The notes beneath the pieces are model-generated. The model was given only the letters and a program-made list of their open reading frames with translations. It was not told the DNA's origin and searched no databases. 62,146 nucleotides of DNA from Acidimicrobiales bacterium. Lineage in GTDB: Bacteria > Actinomycetota > Acidimicrobiia > Acidimicrobiales > AC-14. Position numbers and translations under genes: made by a program. Shown piece by piece: positions 1-11,036 of this stretch (positions are counted from its first letter, which is position 1; each line of letters opens with the position of its first letter). The stretch spans positions 1 to 62,146 of the forward strand of contig JBPCNP010000062.1 of NCBI GenBank assembly GCA_051001215.1, in the 5' to 3' direction.

Positions 1-649
1 CCGGGTCGGTGGCCGCCGCCGAGGTGCCGGTGCCGGTGGCGGCGTTGGACGCCGACCCCGGGGTGGCGTTGGAAGCCGAGGCGTAGTTGCTGGCCGGCCC
101 GGCGGGGGCCACCGCGACGGGGCCGGCTACGACGGGGCCGGGGGTGGCCGGGCCACCGGTGGCGGTCACGACCGGCGACGGGGTGGCAGTCGGAGCCGGG
201 GCCGCCGAGGGGTCGGTGGCAGCGGGGCCGGTAACAGCGGGGCCCGGTGCCACCGTGGTGGGCGGAGCGTCGGCGGGGACAGGGACGGGAGCGATCGTGG
301 GGGGCGGGACATCAGCCACGGGAGGGGGAGCGGCATCGCCGGCGACAGGAGCCGGAGCGACGGTGGTGGGAGGAGCCTCGGTGGTCGGTGGCGCCACGGT
401 GGCGGGAGGAGCGGCGGTGGTCGGTAGCGCCACGGTGGTGGGCGGCGCTTCGGTGGTGGGAGGGGCGGCGGTCACGGTTGTGGGAGGCGCGGCCGTGGTC
501 GTCGGCGCCGCAGCCACCGTGGTGGGAGGCGCCTCGGTCGCCACCGGTGCATCGGAGGGGGTGTCGGCGCCAGCCCGGCCGGACGTGAGGATCAGCAGGA
601 GCCCGGCCGCCAGCAGGGCGAACACAGCCCAGACCGCGGCACTGGCCAT
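1..649 (-). CDS. Secreted or membrane-anchored Pro/Thr/Ala-rich repeat protein; the gene's 3' end runs off the left edge of the window
   Basis: My own minus-strand translation from the ATG (complement of 647-649) gives MASAAVWAVFALLAAGLLLILTSGRAGADTPSDAPVATEAPPTTVAAAPTTTAAPPTTV... This is a hydrophobic signal/anchor followed by degenerate APPTTV-like repeats. The listed + ORF 87..1019 (A/G/V-rich) is its antisense shadow. Confidence 0.5.
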   Translation of the reverse strand, partial: MASAAVWAVFALLAAGLLLILTSGRAGADTPSDAPVATEAPPTTVAAAPTTTAAPPTTVTAAPPTTEAPPTTVALPTTAAPPATVAPPTTEAPPTTVAPAPVAGDAAPPPVADVPPPTIAPVPVPADAPPTTVAPGPAVTGPAATDPSAAPAPTATPSPVVTATGGPATPGPVVAGPVAVAPAGPASNYASASNATPGSASNAATGTGTSAAATDP

Positions 650-805
650 CCTGGGATGCTCGGTCCTGCCCACGTTCGACTCGACGCCCTCACTGCCGCC
701 GGCGGCGACGTGCGGGGGCCCCGACGTCCCCCAAGCCGCGGTTGTCTACCACGGCCCCCCCGGCAGGGCAAGGGTCGAGTCCCACGCCGGCCCGTCGCGA
801 CCGAC

Positions 806-1684
806 TCAACCGGCCGGCAGCACCCGCGTGGCCGCAGCACGGATGAGGACGACGGCCCACGTTCGAAACGGCCTCCATCGTTCGGCCATGGCGGAGAACT
901 CGTCCTCGGTGGGCACCCCGGGCAGGTCCCACAGCCGGGCCGCCAGGGCCATGGCCTTGGGCTCGAAGACGGCGACGTCGGCCAGACCGGCGCTGCGGAC
1001 CACGATCAGTGAGCTGTAGAAGGGCCCGATCCCCTTCAGCGCCTGCAGGTCGGCCATGGCCTCCCCGGGAGCCAGTCCCTGGATGCGCGCGACGTCGAGC
1101 TTTCCGGCGAGGGCGGCGGTGGCCAGGCCATGCAGGCGATCGATCTTGTCGGTCGACAAACCCGGAAAGCTGTCGAGGTCGAGCAGGCGCTCGGGCGTGG
1201 GCAGAGCGGCGACCATCTCGCCCGCCACCCGGAAGGTGCTGCCGTGGGCCTCGTTCAGTTGCCTGCGGACCTCGGCCATCTGATGGGCGGGACGGCGGGC
1301 GCTGATGATGCACCACGCCGCCGCCTCGTACGGCGAGTAGAACAGCGGAGGCCGAAGACCCGGTGCCGCCGCCTGAAGCATGGCCATCACCGGGTCGCGT
1401 TCGCCGACCTCGACGAAGGCCTCGCCGTCGTGGTCGAGCGACAGCACCCTGGCCACCTGGCGCCTCACCGTCACGAGATCGGCTGATCCCTCGACCGAGC
1501 AATGGACACCGTGGTCGTCCTGACGCACGGCAACGCCGACCTGGTCCCGGTAGCCGTCGACACAGAACGCCAGGCGCATGATCCCGTCCCAGGTGGTCGC
1601 CGAACGCTGACCGAAGCCGAAGTTGTTCGCCTCCTCGAGGGAGAAGGGCCCTCGGGGCTCGATGGTGAAGGTCACGGACGACAT
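806..1684 (-). CDS. DNA-3-methyladenine glycosylase II-like (AlkA/HhH-GPD family) base-excision repair enzyme
   Basis: 292-aa ORF with an AlkA-like N-terminal region and a helix-hairpin-helix signature (LQALKGIGPFYSSLIVVRSAGLADV). Its length and layout fit HhH-GPD glycosylases. Confidence 0.7.
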   Translation of the reverse strand: MSSVTFTIEPRGPFSLEEANNFGFGQRSATTWDGIMRLAFCVDGYRDQVGVAVRQDDHGVHCSVEGSADLVTVRRQVARVLSLDHDGEAFVEVGERDPVMAMLQAAAPGLRPPLFYSPYEAAAWCIISARRPAHQMAEVRRQLNEAHGSTFRVAGEMVAALPTPERLLDLDSFPGLSTDKIDRLHGLATAALAGKLDVARIQGLAPGEAMADLQALKGIGPFYSSLIVVRSAGLADVAVFEPKAMALAARLWDLPGVPTEDEFSAMAERWRPFRTWAVVLIRAAATRVLPAG

Positions 1685-1738
1685 CCTGCGCCCCGAAACC
1701 GGTCATCTCCTGTCCTGTATTGCTGACAAGATCAGATC

Positions 1739-2749
1739 ATGCGCGCCGATCGCCTGGTGTCGATCCTCCTGTTGCTGCAGCAGCGCGGTCAGGTCACCGC
1801 CCCCGAGGTGGCGGCCGAGCTCGAGGTCTCGGAGCGCACCGCTCGTCGCGACCTCGAAGCGCTGGGGATGGCCGGGATCCCCGTGTACGCCGAGCGGGGC
1901 CGCAACGGCGGGTGGCGGCTCGCGGGAGGCGGCAGGACCGACCTGAGTGGGCTCAGCGCGGCTGAGGCTCAGGCCCTCTTTCTCGTCGCCGGCCCCTCAT
2001 CGACGGCGACGCCCGAGGTGAAGGCGGCGCTGCGCAAGCTGGTGCGGGCGCTCCCCGAACCGCTGCGGGATCGGGCTGAAGCAGCCTCGACCGCGGTCGT
2101 GGTCGACCCCTTGAGCTGGGACCGTTCGCCGGGTAGCCGGCCGGCGCCGCCCTACCTCGAAGCCGCTCAGAGCGCCGTAATCGAAGGGATGCAGTTGCGG
2201 CTGGGCTATGTCGCTCGCGACCGGGCCTCGACGGCGCGCGTCGTGCATCCCCTCGGCCTCGCCGCCAAAGGCTCGGCCTGGTACCTGATCGCCGGCACCG
2301 AGGCGGGCCTGCGGACCTTCCGGGTGGACCGCATCACCTCGCTCGAGGCCACCGGCGAGGCGGTCGCGAAACCGGTGGACTTCGACCTCGCCGACGCGTG
2401 GCGGCTCATCGCAGACGAAGTCGAACGGAAGCGGGCGCCGATCCTGGCGCGGGCATTGGCGGCGCCGGAGGCGCTGCGGACACTTCGCTTCGTGCTCGGC
2501 ACGCGCCTGGGCATCGGCCCGACGGGCTCCGACGGCCGGGTGCAGGTGGAGCTGCGAGGGCAGAGCATCGCCTCGCTGGCCGGGGAGGTCGCCGGGCTCG
2601 GCGCCGCCGTCGAGGTGCTCGCCCCCTCCGAACTGCGCCGCGCCCTGGCCATGATCGGAGAGCAGCTGACGGCCACGTACGACGACCGTGGAGTCACCGC
2701 GGTGAAGCCAGGTGGTGCAACACGACGGCGGCGGCGGTGGCCACGTTGA
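1739..2749 (+). CDS. HTH plus WYL domain transcriptional regulator (YafY/PafBC-like)
   Basis: The N-terminus MRADRLVSILLLLQQRGQVTAPEVAAELEVSERTARRDLEAL is the typical DeoR/YafY-type HTH. Length is ~335 aa. It is divergent from the glycosylase gene across a 54-bp gap. Confidence 0.8.
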   Translation: MRADRLVSILLLLQQRGQVTAPEVAAELEVSERTARRDLEALGMAGIPVYAERGRNGGWRLAGGGRTDLSGLSAAEAQALFLVAGPSSTATPEVKAALRKLVRALPEPLRDRAEAASTAVVVDPLSWDRSPGSRPAPPYLEAAQSAVIEGMQLRLGYVARDRASTARVVHPLGLAAKGSAWYLIAGTEAGLRTFRVDRITSLEATGEAVAKPVDFDLADAWRLIADEVERKRAPILARALAAPEALRTLRFVLGTRLGIGPTGSDGRVQVELRGQSIASLAGEVAGLGAAVEVLAPSELRRALAMIGEQLTATYDDRGVTAVKPGGATRRRRRWPR

Positions 2750-3551
2750 GGGAGTCCACGCCGTCGGCCATGGTGACCCGGACCCGGCGATCGGCGCAGG
2801 CGAGGGCGGGCGGCGACAGGCCCGGGCCCTCGGCTCCGACCAGGACGGCCTGCCGTCCCCCCACCTCGACACTGCGGACATCGTCGGCGTCGGTCGCCGG
2901 CGTCAGGGCCAGGACTTCGAAGCCGAGGGCCCGGAGGTCGGCGATGGCGCCCGGCCACGCCTGGGCGCGTGTATACGGAAGGCCGAGGACGTGGCCCATG
3001 GACACGCGCGTGGACCGGCGGTAGAGGGGATCGGCCGTCGTCGGGTCGAGCACGACGGCGCCGGCGCCGAAGGCGGCGGCATTGCGAAACAGGGCTCCGA
3101 GGTTCTCGTGGTCGTTGACCCCTTCGATCAGCACGGCCAGGTCGGTGGCCCCGGCCAGCCTCGTCAGGTCGGGGAGGGGCCGACGGTCGGCCGAGGCCAG
3201 GGCGCCCCGGTGGAAGTTGAAGCCACCGACGGCGTCGACCACCGCCTGGGGGGCCACGTAAACGGGTGCGTCGATCGGGGCCAGGGCTTCCCGCAGGGAC
3301 CTCAGGCCTCGGTCGGTGACCAGCAGGGCCCGCACCCGGTAGTCGGACTGCACCAGCCGGCGCACCACCAGGGGCCCCTCGACGACGAAATAGCCCTCAC
3401 CGTCGCCACCCGGTCGCTCGAGGCGCCGCCGCAGGTCGGGGTCATTGAGGCCGGCGAAGTCGCGGACCCGCACGTCGGTCGGGTCGTCGATGGGAACGAT
3501 GGTGGCTACGCCACCATTCTGCCCGGCGATCGTCAGTCTTCTGGCGCTCAA
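2694..3551 (-). CDS. TrmH/SpoU family RNA 2'-O-methyltransferase
   Basis: SpoU motifs are present: LIEGVNDHENLGALFRNAAAFG, VLVGAEGPGLS and DSLNVATAAAVVLH. Confidence 0.85.
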   Translation of the reverse strand: MSARRLTIAGQNGGVATIVPIDDPTDVRVRDFAGLNDPDLRRRLERPGGDGEGYFVVEGPLVVRRLVQSDYRVRALLVTDRGLRSLREALAPIDAPVYVAPQAVVDAVGGFNFHRGALASADRRPLPDLTRLAGATDLAVLIEGVNDHENLGALFRNAAAFGAGAVVLDPTTADPLYRRSTRVSMGHVLGLPYTRAQAWPGAIADLRALGFEVLALTPATDADDVRSVEVGGRQAVLVGAEGPGLSPPALACADRRVRVTMADGVDSLNVATAAAVVLHHLASPR

Positions 3552-3599
3552 GGTGATCCGGTCGCCGACCGATATCCCTCAGGTGAGGAGCGGCCACCC

Positions 3600-4775
3600 G
3601 TGATCGACCTCGACCGCCTGGACGCCAGCCTCGACCTGGCGCTCTCCGACGAGGTCCGCGCTCACCGGGCCACGCCCACGGCCGACGGCGCCACGCCCGT
3701 CACCACCGACGGCGCCGCCCCCGACCGCGTCATTCCCGCCCGCGTCATCCCCGACGTGCGGTCACCGACGGCGGTCGGTGACCGGGCACCGAGGCCTCAC
3801 CGCCGCCGCTCGGCCCCGACCCCGCCCGTCACGCCGCTGTCGGTCGCACCTGTCTCGCCCCCTGCACCGGCGGACGCCGTCTGGGCCGACCTCGACAGCC
3901 AGCAGCACAGCCGGGCGGTGGTCGAGCTCTTGGGCCAGGCAAAGTTGGCCGAGGCCGATCTGCACATCGCCGCCCACGCCGACCTGGGCCACGACGCCAC
4001 CCGTCTCGGCCACCGTGGCGACGCCGTCGGGTGGACGGTCATGCGCGCCCTGCTCGACGGGCGTGAGAGCGCCGCCCGGGCCGGCATCGAGCAAGCCCAG
4101 GCGCTGGACCCCGCCGGCGGCGCCGGCGAGCACCGCGAGCGCGTCTGGTCGCAGCGCTTTGCCATAGCCCTCACCTGGGGCGACGAGGACGAGCGCTACG
4201 ACGTCTTGGATCACAGTCGCGAGCGTGCCTATGGTCACGGCGATCTGGCCTGGCACGGCCGGCTCACGCTGCTTCTCGCCGTCCTGGGGCGGGCGGGCGA
4301 GGCCCGTCGGGAGTTCGATTCCGTCATCGGCACGGTCCTGAGCGGGCCTGCCGGCGACATGGCGTGGCTCGACCGGGCCACCGATCTGGCCGAGGCGGCC
4401 GCTGTCCTGGGCGACTCGGCGCGCGGCGAGGCGGCCGTCCGGAGCCTGGCCCGGGTGACGACCCCGCCGGTCGCCGTCAGCGGCCGGGCATGGGTCTGCA
4501 AGGGTTCGGTCGACCGGTACCGGGCCCTCGCCAGTGCGTCGGCGGGACGCGTCGATGACGCCGATCGCTGTTTCCGCTCCGCGGCCGAGATCCACCGCCT
4601 CCTCGGTGCCGACGCCCACCTGGCCCGGACACTACGGCAATGGGGCACCAGCCTGGTCGGACGGGACCCACAGCGGAGCGTCCAGCTGCTGCGCCAGGGC
4701 GCCGACCTGGCTCACCGCCTCGGTCTGGCTGACGACGGCCCGGCTGTGCACGCCGTCGCCGCCCACGCCTGTTAG
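3600..4775 (+). CDS. Hypothetical protein with a Pro/Ala-rich linker and a helical repeat-like C-terminal region
   Basis: This is the in-frame downstream part of ORF 2712..4775. The upstream part is antisense to the SpoU gene. A GTG at 3600 is preceded by aggtgaggag. I recognise no family. Confidence 0.4.
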   Translation: MIDLDRLDASLDLALSDEVRAHRATPTADGATPVTTDGAAPDRVIPARVIPDVRSPTAVGDRAPRPHRRRSAPTPPVTPLSVAPVSPPAPADAVWADLDSQQHSRAVVELLGQAKLAEADLHIAAHADLGHDATRLGHRGDAVGWTVMRALLDGRESAARAGIEQAQALDPAGGAGEHRERVWSQRFAIALTWGDEDERYDVLDHSRERAYGHGDLAWHGRLTLLLAVLGRAGEARREFDSVIGTVLSGPAGDMAWLDRATDLAEAAAVLGDSARGEAAVRSLARVTTPPVAVSGRAWVCKGSVDRYRALASASAGRVDDADRCFRSAAEIHRLLGADAHLARTLRQWGTSLVGRDPQRSVQLLRQGADLAHRLGLADDGPAVHAVAAHAC

Positions 4776-4794
4776 GGGGCGGAGCCCACCCGCT

Positions 4795-7470
<2,676 letters not shown>

Positions 7471-7564
7471 GGGGCTGGGCGGCGTCGCACGGGACCCTGA
7501 GTTTACCAGCGCCCCTGCCGGGGCGGCCCGGGGCGGCCAACCCCGCCCACTAGGTTGGTCGGCC

Positions 7565-8314
7565 GTGGTCACCCAGAACCAGAAGCGGGCCAGACAGAAG
7601 CAGGGACGCCATGCCCGCCAGGCAGCCCTGGAGGCGGCGCGCCGCAAACGCAGCCAGCGCAACCGCGTCATCGTGTCGGCCATCCTCGCCCTGGCCCTGG
7701 TGGGAGGCATCGGGATCCTGGTGGGGGGCGGGGGAAGCGGCAAGGCGGCGGCGAAGAAGGTGTCCTGCCCGGCCGCCGACGGCTCGTCGCCCCGGCAGAC
7801 CAAGTTCAGCGCCGCCCCGCCGATCTGCATCGACCCGACCCACACCTACTCGGCCGAGATCAACACCAACAAGGGCATCATCGACCTGGCCCTCGACCAG
7901 AAGCGGGCGCCGAACACGGTGAACAGCTTCGTTTTCCTGGCCCGCAACCACTTCTTCGACGGGCTCACCTTCCACCGGGTCGTGCCCGGCTTCGTGCTCC
8001 AGGGCGGTGACCCCGAAGGCACGGGATCGGGCGGACCCGGGTACAAGTTCAGAGACGAACTGCCCCCGGCGGGCCAGTACAAGGTCGGCTCCCTGGCCAT
8101 GGCCAACGCCGGGCCCGACACCAACGGGAGCCAGTTCTTCATCATCAGCGGCGACCAGGGGGCCAAGCTCGACCCCAAGTACTCGTTGTTCGGGCAGGTC
8201 ACCAACGGGCTCGACGTCGTGGCCAAGATCGACGCCCTGGGCAACGCCGACGACCCGTCGGGCAAGCCCAAAGAGCCCATCACCATGTCGTCAGTCACGA
8301 TCAAGGAGAGCTGA
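7565..8314 (+). CDS. Cyclophilin-type peptidyl-prolyl cis-trans isomerase with a basic N-terminus and one TM anchor
   Basis: The start is refined to the GTG at 7565. It has a TM segment ([21 protein letters not shown]) and cyclophilin motifs [15 protein letters not shown] and [15 protein letters not shown]. Confidence 0.9.
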   Translation: MVTQNQKRARQKQGRHARQAALEAARRKRSQRNRVIVSAILALALVGGIGILVGGGGSGKAAAKKVSCPAADGSSPRQTKFSAAPPICIDPTHTYSAEINTNKGIIDLALDQKRAPNTVNSFVFLARNHFFDGLTFHRVVPGFVLQGGDPEGTGSGGPGYKFRDELPPAGQYKVGSLAMANAGPDTNGSQFFIISGDQGAKLDPKYSLFGQVTNGLDVVAKIDALGNADDPSGKPKEPITMSSVTIKES

Positions 8315-8315
8315 G

Positions 8316-8867
8316 ATGCCCACCGACTGCCCGGCCGCCGACGGTTCCAGCGCCAAGCGCCAGCGCTTCGACGCTCCACCGCCGATGTGCATCGACCCGG
8401 CTCGCACCTACGGCGCCACCATGGTCACGTCCCACGGCACCATGACCCTGTCGCTCGACGTCGCCGGCGCCCCGAACACGGTCAACAACTTCGTGTTCCT
8501 GTCCCGCTACCACTACTACGACGGGGTGGGGTTCCACCGCATCATCCCCGGCTTCATGCTCCAGGGTGGCGACCCCGAGGGCACCGGGCGCGGCGGACCG
8601 GGCTACCGCTTCGCCGACGAGCTGCCCCGACCCGGCCGCTACGAGGTGGGCTCGGTGGCCATGGCCAATGCCGGCCCCGACACCAACGGGAGCCAGTTCT
8701 TCATTGTCAGCGGCCCCAACGGCGTCGGTCTACCTCCCCAGTACTCCCTGTTCGCCAAAGTGGTGGCCGGCCTCGACGTCGTGTCCGCCATCGAGGCGCA
8801 GGGCTCGCCCTCGGGGGCCCCGAAGGCCAAGGTCGTCATCGAGTCGGTCACCATCACCGAGAGCTGA
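8316..8867 (+). CDS. Cyclophilin-type peptidyl-prolyl cis-trans isomerase (no anchor), tandem paralogue
   Basis: The ATG at 8316 is 1 nt after the stop of the preceding cyclophilin. Motifs FHRIIPGFMLQGGDP and [15 protein letters not shown] are present. Confidence 0.9.
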   Translation: MPTDCPAADGSSAKRQRFDAPPPMCIDPARTYGATMVTSHGTMTLSLDVAGAPNTVNNFVFLSRYHYYDGVGFHRIIPGFMLQGGDPEGTGRGGPGYRFADELPRPGRYEVGSVAMANAGPDTNGSQFFIVSGPNGVGLPPQYSLFAKVVAGLDVVSAIEAQGSPSGAPKAKVVIESVTITES

Positions 8868-8889
8868 GTTGCCGGCGGCTTCGGAGCGG

Positions 8890-9558
8890 TCAGTACCGGG
8901 GCAGGGCGCTCATGTCGACTTCGGCGCCGTCGACGAACACCACGACTTTGCCCTTGCCCTCCACCGACCAGGACCCGTCGGGATGCAGGATGACGGCGGT
9001 CTTCTCGTCGATGGCCACGAGGCGCAGGCCCGGTGGTGCCAGCTCGATGGTGCGCTTGGCCTTCTCGGGCGACCAGGTGTCGTGGTGGGGGATGACCGCC
9101 AGTTGGGCCAACAGGCCCAGGCCGAGGGTGAAAGCGCCGCCGCGCGGGTCGACCATCGGGTCGCAGAAGACCATGGCCCCGGCCGACGACCCGGCCACGC
9201 CGGCGCCGTCCTTCCAGGCATCGATCAGCGCATCCCAGACGGGTGAGTCCTTGAGGACCGAGCGAAGGTGCATCGGCGAACCGCCGCCCAGGTAGATGAA
9301 CCGGCTCTGTCGAACGGCGGCGGCCATGTCGGGATCCTCGGCCTCCCGCCGGTGCAGCACCATGAGGCCCCGGGCCTTTCCGCCGATGCTCTCGAACCAT
9401 CGCTCGGCTGTCTGCACCGCTCGTTCGGGGTGCTCATAGGCGGCCGCGGTGGGCAGCACGAGCACCTCGGGGTTGCCGAGCTCGGCCAAGAGGGCAGCGT
9501 CGAACGTGCAGCCCTCCTGCCATTCGCCTCCCCCCACCAACACCAGCGGCCCGTTCAC
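8890..9558 (-). CDS. Peptidase S51 / type-1 glutamine-amidotransferase-like protein (PepE/cyanophycinase-like)
   Basis: 222 aa with an LVGGGE N-terminus, FIYLGGGSP, and the nucleophile-elbow-like GSSAGAMV. Confidence 0.65.
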   Translation of the reverse strand: MNGPLVLVGGGEWQEGCTFDAALLAELGNPEVLVLPTAAAYEHPERAVQTAERWFESIGGKARGLMVLHRREAEDPDMAAAVRQSRFIYLGGGSPMHLRSVLKDSPVWDALIDAWKDGAGVAGSSAGAMVFCDPMVDPRGGAFTLGLGLLAQLAVIPHHDTWSPEKAKRTIELAPPGLRLVAIDEKTAVILHPDGSWSVEGKGKVVVFVDGAEVDMSALPRY

Positions 9559-9762
9559 CCGGCCAACCTAGTGGCACCAGCGCGCGGAGCTGCCTACAGG
9601 CCCTTCCCGAACACCACGAAGACGATGATGCCCAGAACGATCAGGACGATGGGGACGAGAATCAGGGTGGCGGTTTCACTCAAGGCGCACCATTCGCGGA
9701 GGATATCGCGAAGCGGAATTGCCGTGGTGGCCCGCCGGGCGACCGGCCCGATGGCGCAGCCG

Positions 9763-10758
9763 TCAAGAGGCGAGGCGCGGCCAGATGGGGAAGCAGCGGT
9801 CGTCGAGGGCGCCGAACGAGTACGCCGGGTAGAGCCCGCCGAACATGGCCCGGGTGCGCTCCGACCAGTCGAGCGCCTCGGGCGTGGAGATGCGCCGGAA
9901 CACCTGAACGATCCCGCCTTCGAACACGCGGTACTCGGCCCAGCCGCCCGGGAAGTCCTTGGTGGACGACACCTCGGCCCACGGCACGCCACCGGTCTCG
10001 GGCAGGTGGCGCACCCGGTTGCGGTGGGTGTGCCCGGCGAAATAGCCCACCAAGGCGGGCCGCCGGGCCACCACGTCGACCAGGCGCTGCGTGTCGGCCG
10101 GGGTGATGCCGAACGAGTCGTTGCGCGCGTCGGCCAGGGGATGGTGCCCGAAGACCAGGACGGGCCGGTCTGCTCGCGACCCGAGCTCGTCGATCCACTC
10201 GAGCTGGGTCTCTCCGAGGGCCCCTCCGGCCCGACCGGCAACCGGGGTGTCGAGGAGGGCCAGGATCACCCCGGCGAGGTCGACCTCGACGGGCCCGAGG
10301 TCGGCGACGGCTCCGTCGACGAGCACGTCGTGGTTGCCCCGGCACCAGTGCAGGCGGTCGCCGAAGACGCTGCCGTAGCAGTCCACGAAGGCATCGAACT
10401 CCTCCGACGTCCCCGTCGACGTCAGGTCGCCCTTGGCCACCACCGCGTCGGGCCGGCAGGCGGCGATCTCGGCCGCCGCGGCCCGGTTCATGGTCTCGGT
10501 GTAGGGCGCCTCGCCGGCGTCGGCGCGCAGAGGCGGGCCCAGGTCGACCCCCGCCATCACCCCACAGACGGTCTCGCCGAAATGGACGTCGTTGACCGTG
10601 GCGACGGTGGCCAGGCGCAGGCCGGGTGGGCGGGGCAACGTCTCGAACTCGACCCCGTCGAGGTGGTACGTGGTGGCGGGGGCCAGGCCCTCGTGGCGCA
10701 CCACGGTCGTCCCGTCGTGGAGCACGGCCGCGTCGTCGGCCACGGTCGTGACCTCCAT
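9763..10758 (-). CDS. Metallophosphoesterase (calcineurin-like)
   Basis: Motifs VNDVHFGE, AKGDLTSTG, RGNHD, FGHHP and GHTHRN. The start is placed at the internal ATG 10758, 2 nt after the accE-like stop. The track start 10869 is the alternative. Confidence 0.8.
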   Translation of the reverse strand: MEVTTVADDAAVLHDGTTVVRHEGLAPATTYHLDGVEFETLPRPPGLRLATVATVNDVHFGETVCGVMAGVDLGPPLRADAGEAPYTETMNRAAAAEIAACRPDAVVAKGDLTSTGTSEEFDAFVDCYGSVFGDRLHWCRGNHDVLVDGAVADLGPVEVDLAGVILALLDTPVAGRAGGALGETQLEWIDELGSRADRPVLVFGHHPLADARNDSFGITPADTQRLVDVVARRPALVGYFAGHTHRNRVRHLPETGGVPWAEVSSTKDFPGGWAEYRVFEGGIVQVFRRISTPEALDWSERTRAMFGGLYPAYSFGALDDRCFPIWPRLAS

Positions 10759-10760
10759 GC

Positions 10761-11036
10761 TCACCGGCAGGCGCCCCAAGAGGGAGAGCCCCACGTCGGC
10801 GAGTCGCAGGAGTCGGTTCGCCACTGCCTCCCCACCGGCGACCCCGGCCACTGGCGCCCACTCGACCACCGCCAGGGTGGGGGAAGCTGTGCGTCGGTGG
10901 CGTCGGGGCCGAGCACGATCTCGATGGCGGCCATCACCGCCGCCACTTCCTCCGGCGACGGTGCACCACCGCCCGTGAGCTGCACCTGCAGGCCGGGCCG
11001 GGTCCCTGCCGCCGGGTCAGAGGGGGACGTTGCCAT
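10761..11036 (-). CDS. accE: Probable acyl-CoA carboxylase epsilon subunit
   Basis: 91-aa ORF whose start overlaps the 3' end of the carboxyltransferase gene. The segment LQVQLTGGGAPSPEEVAAVMAAIEIVL resembles the conserved AccE core (..V.rG.pt.EElAAl.avl). The distal part is low-complexity, so the true stop and frame are less certain. Confidence 0.5.
   Translation of the reverse strand: MATSPSDPAAGTRPGLQVQLTGGGAPSPEEVAAVMAAIEIVLGPDATDAQLPPPWRWSSGRQWPGSPVGRQWRTDSCDSPTWGSPSWGACR

Noticed and set aside
87-1019. 310-aa A/G/V/T-rich + strand ORF at the left edge
   Set aside because: The complementary strand encodes a protein with a proper ATG, a hydrophobic signal/anchor and Pro/Thr repeats (feature 1..649). 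The + ORF is its mirror image, and its 3' end overlaps the glycosylase gene antisense.
2712-3599. Upstream 296 codons of ORF 2712..4775
   Set aside because: This part is antisense to the SpoU methyltransferase gene and has shadow-ORF composition. Only the portion from the GTG at 3600 onward, which is not opposite any gene, is kept as a hypothetical CDS.
9594-9683. Possible 29-aa hydrophobic micro-protein (TTG start; LSETATLILVPIVLIVLGIIVFVVFGKGL) between the peptidase and phosphoesterase genes
   Set aside because: The sequence looks like a single TM helix and could be real. However, it relies on a TTG start with no clear ribosome-binding site, and it is the tail of a longer nonsense ORF (9594..10241). 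The support is too weak to list it as a feature.
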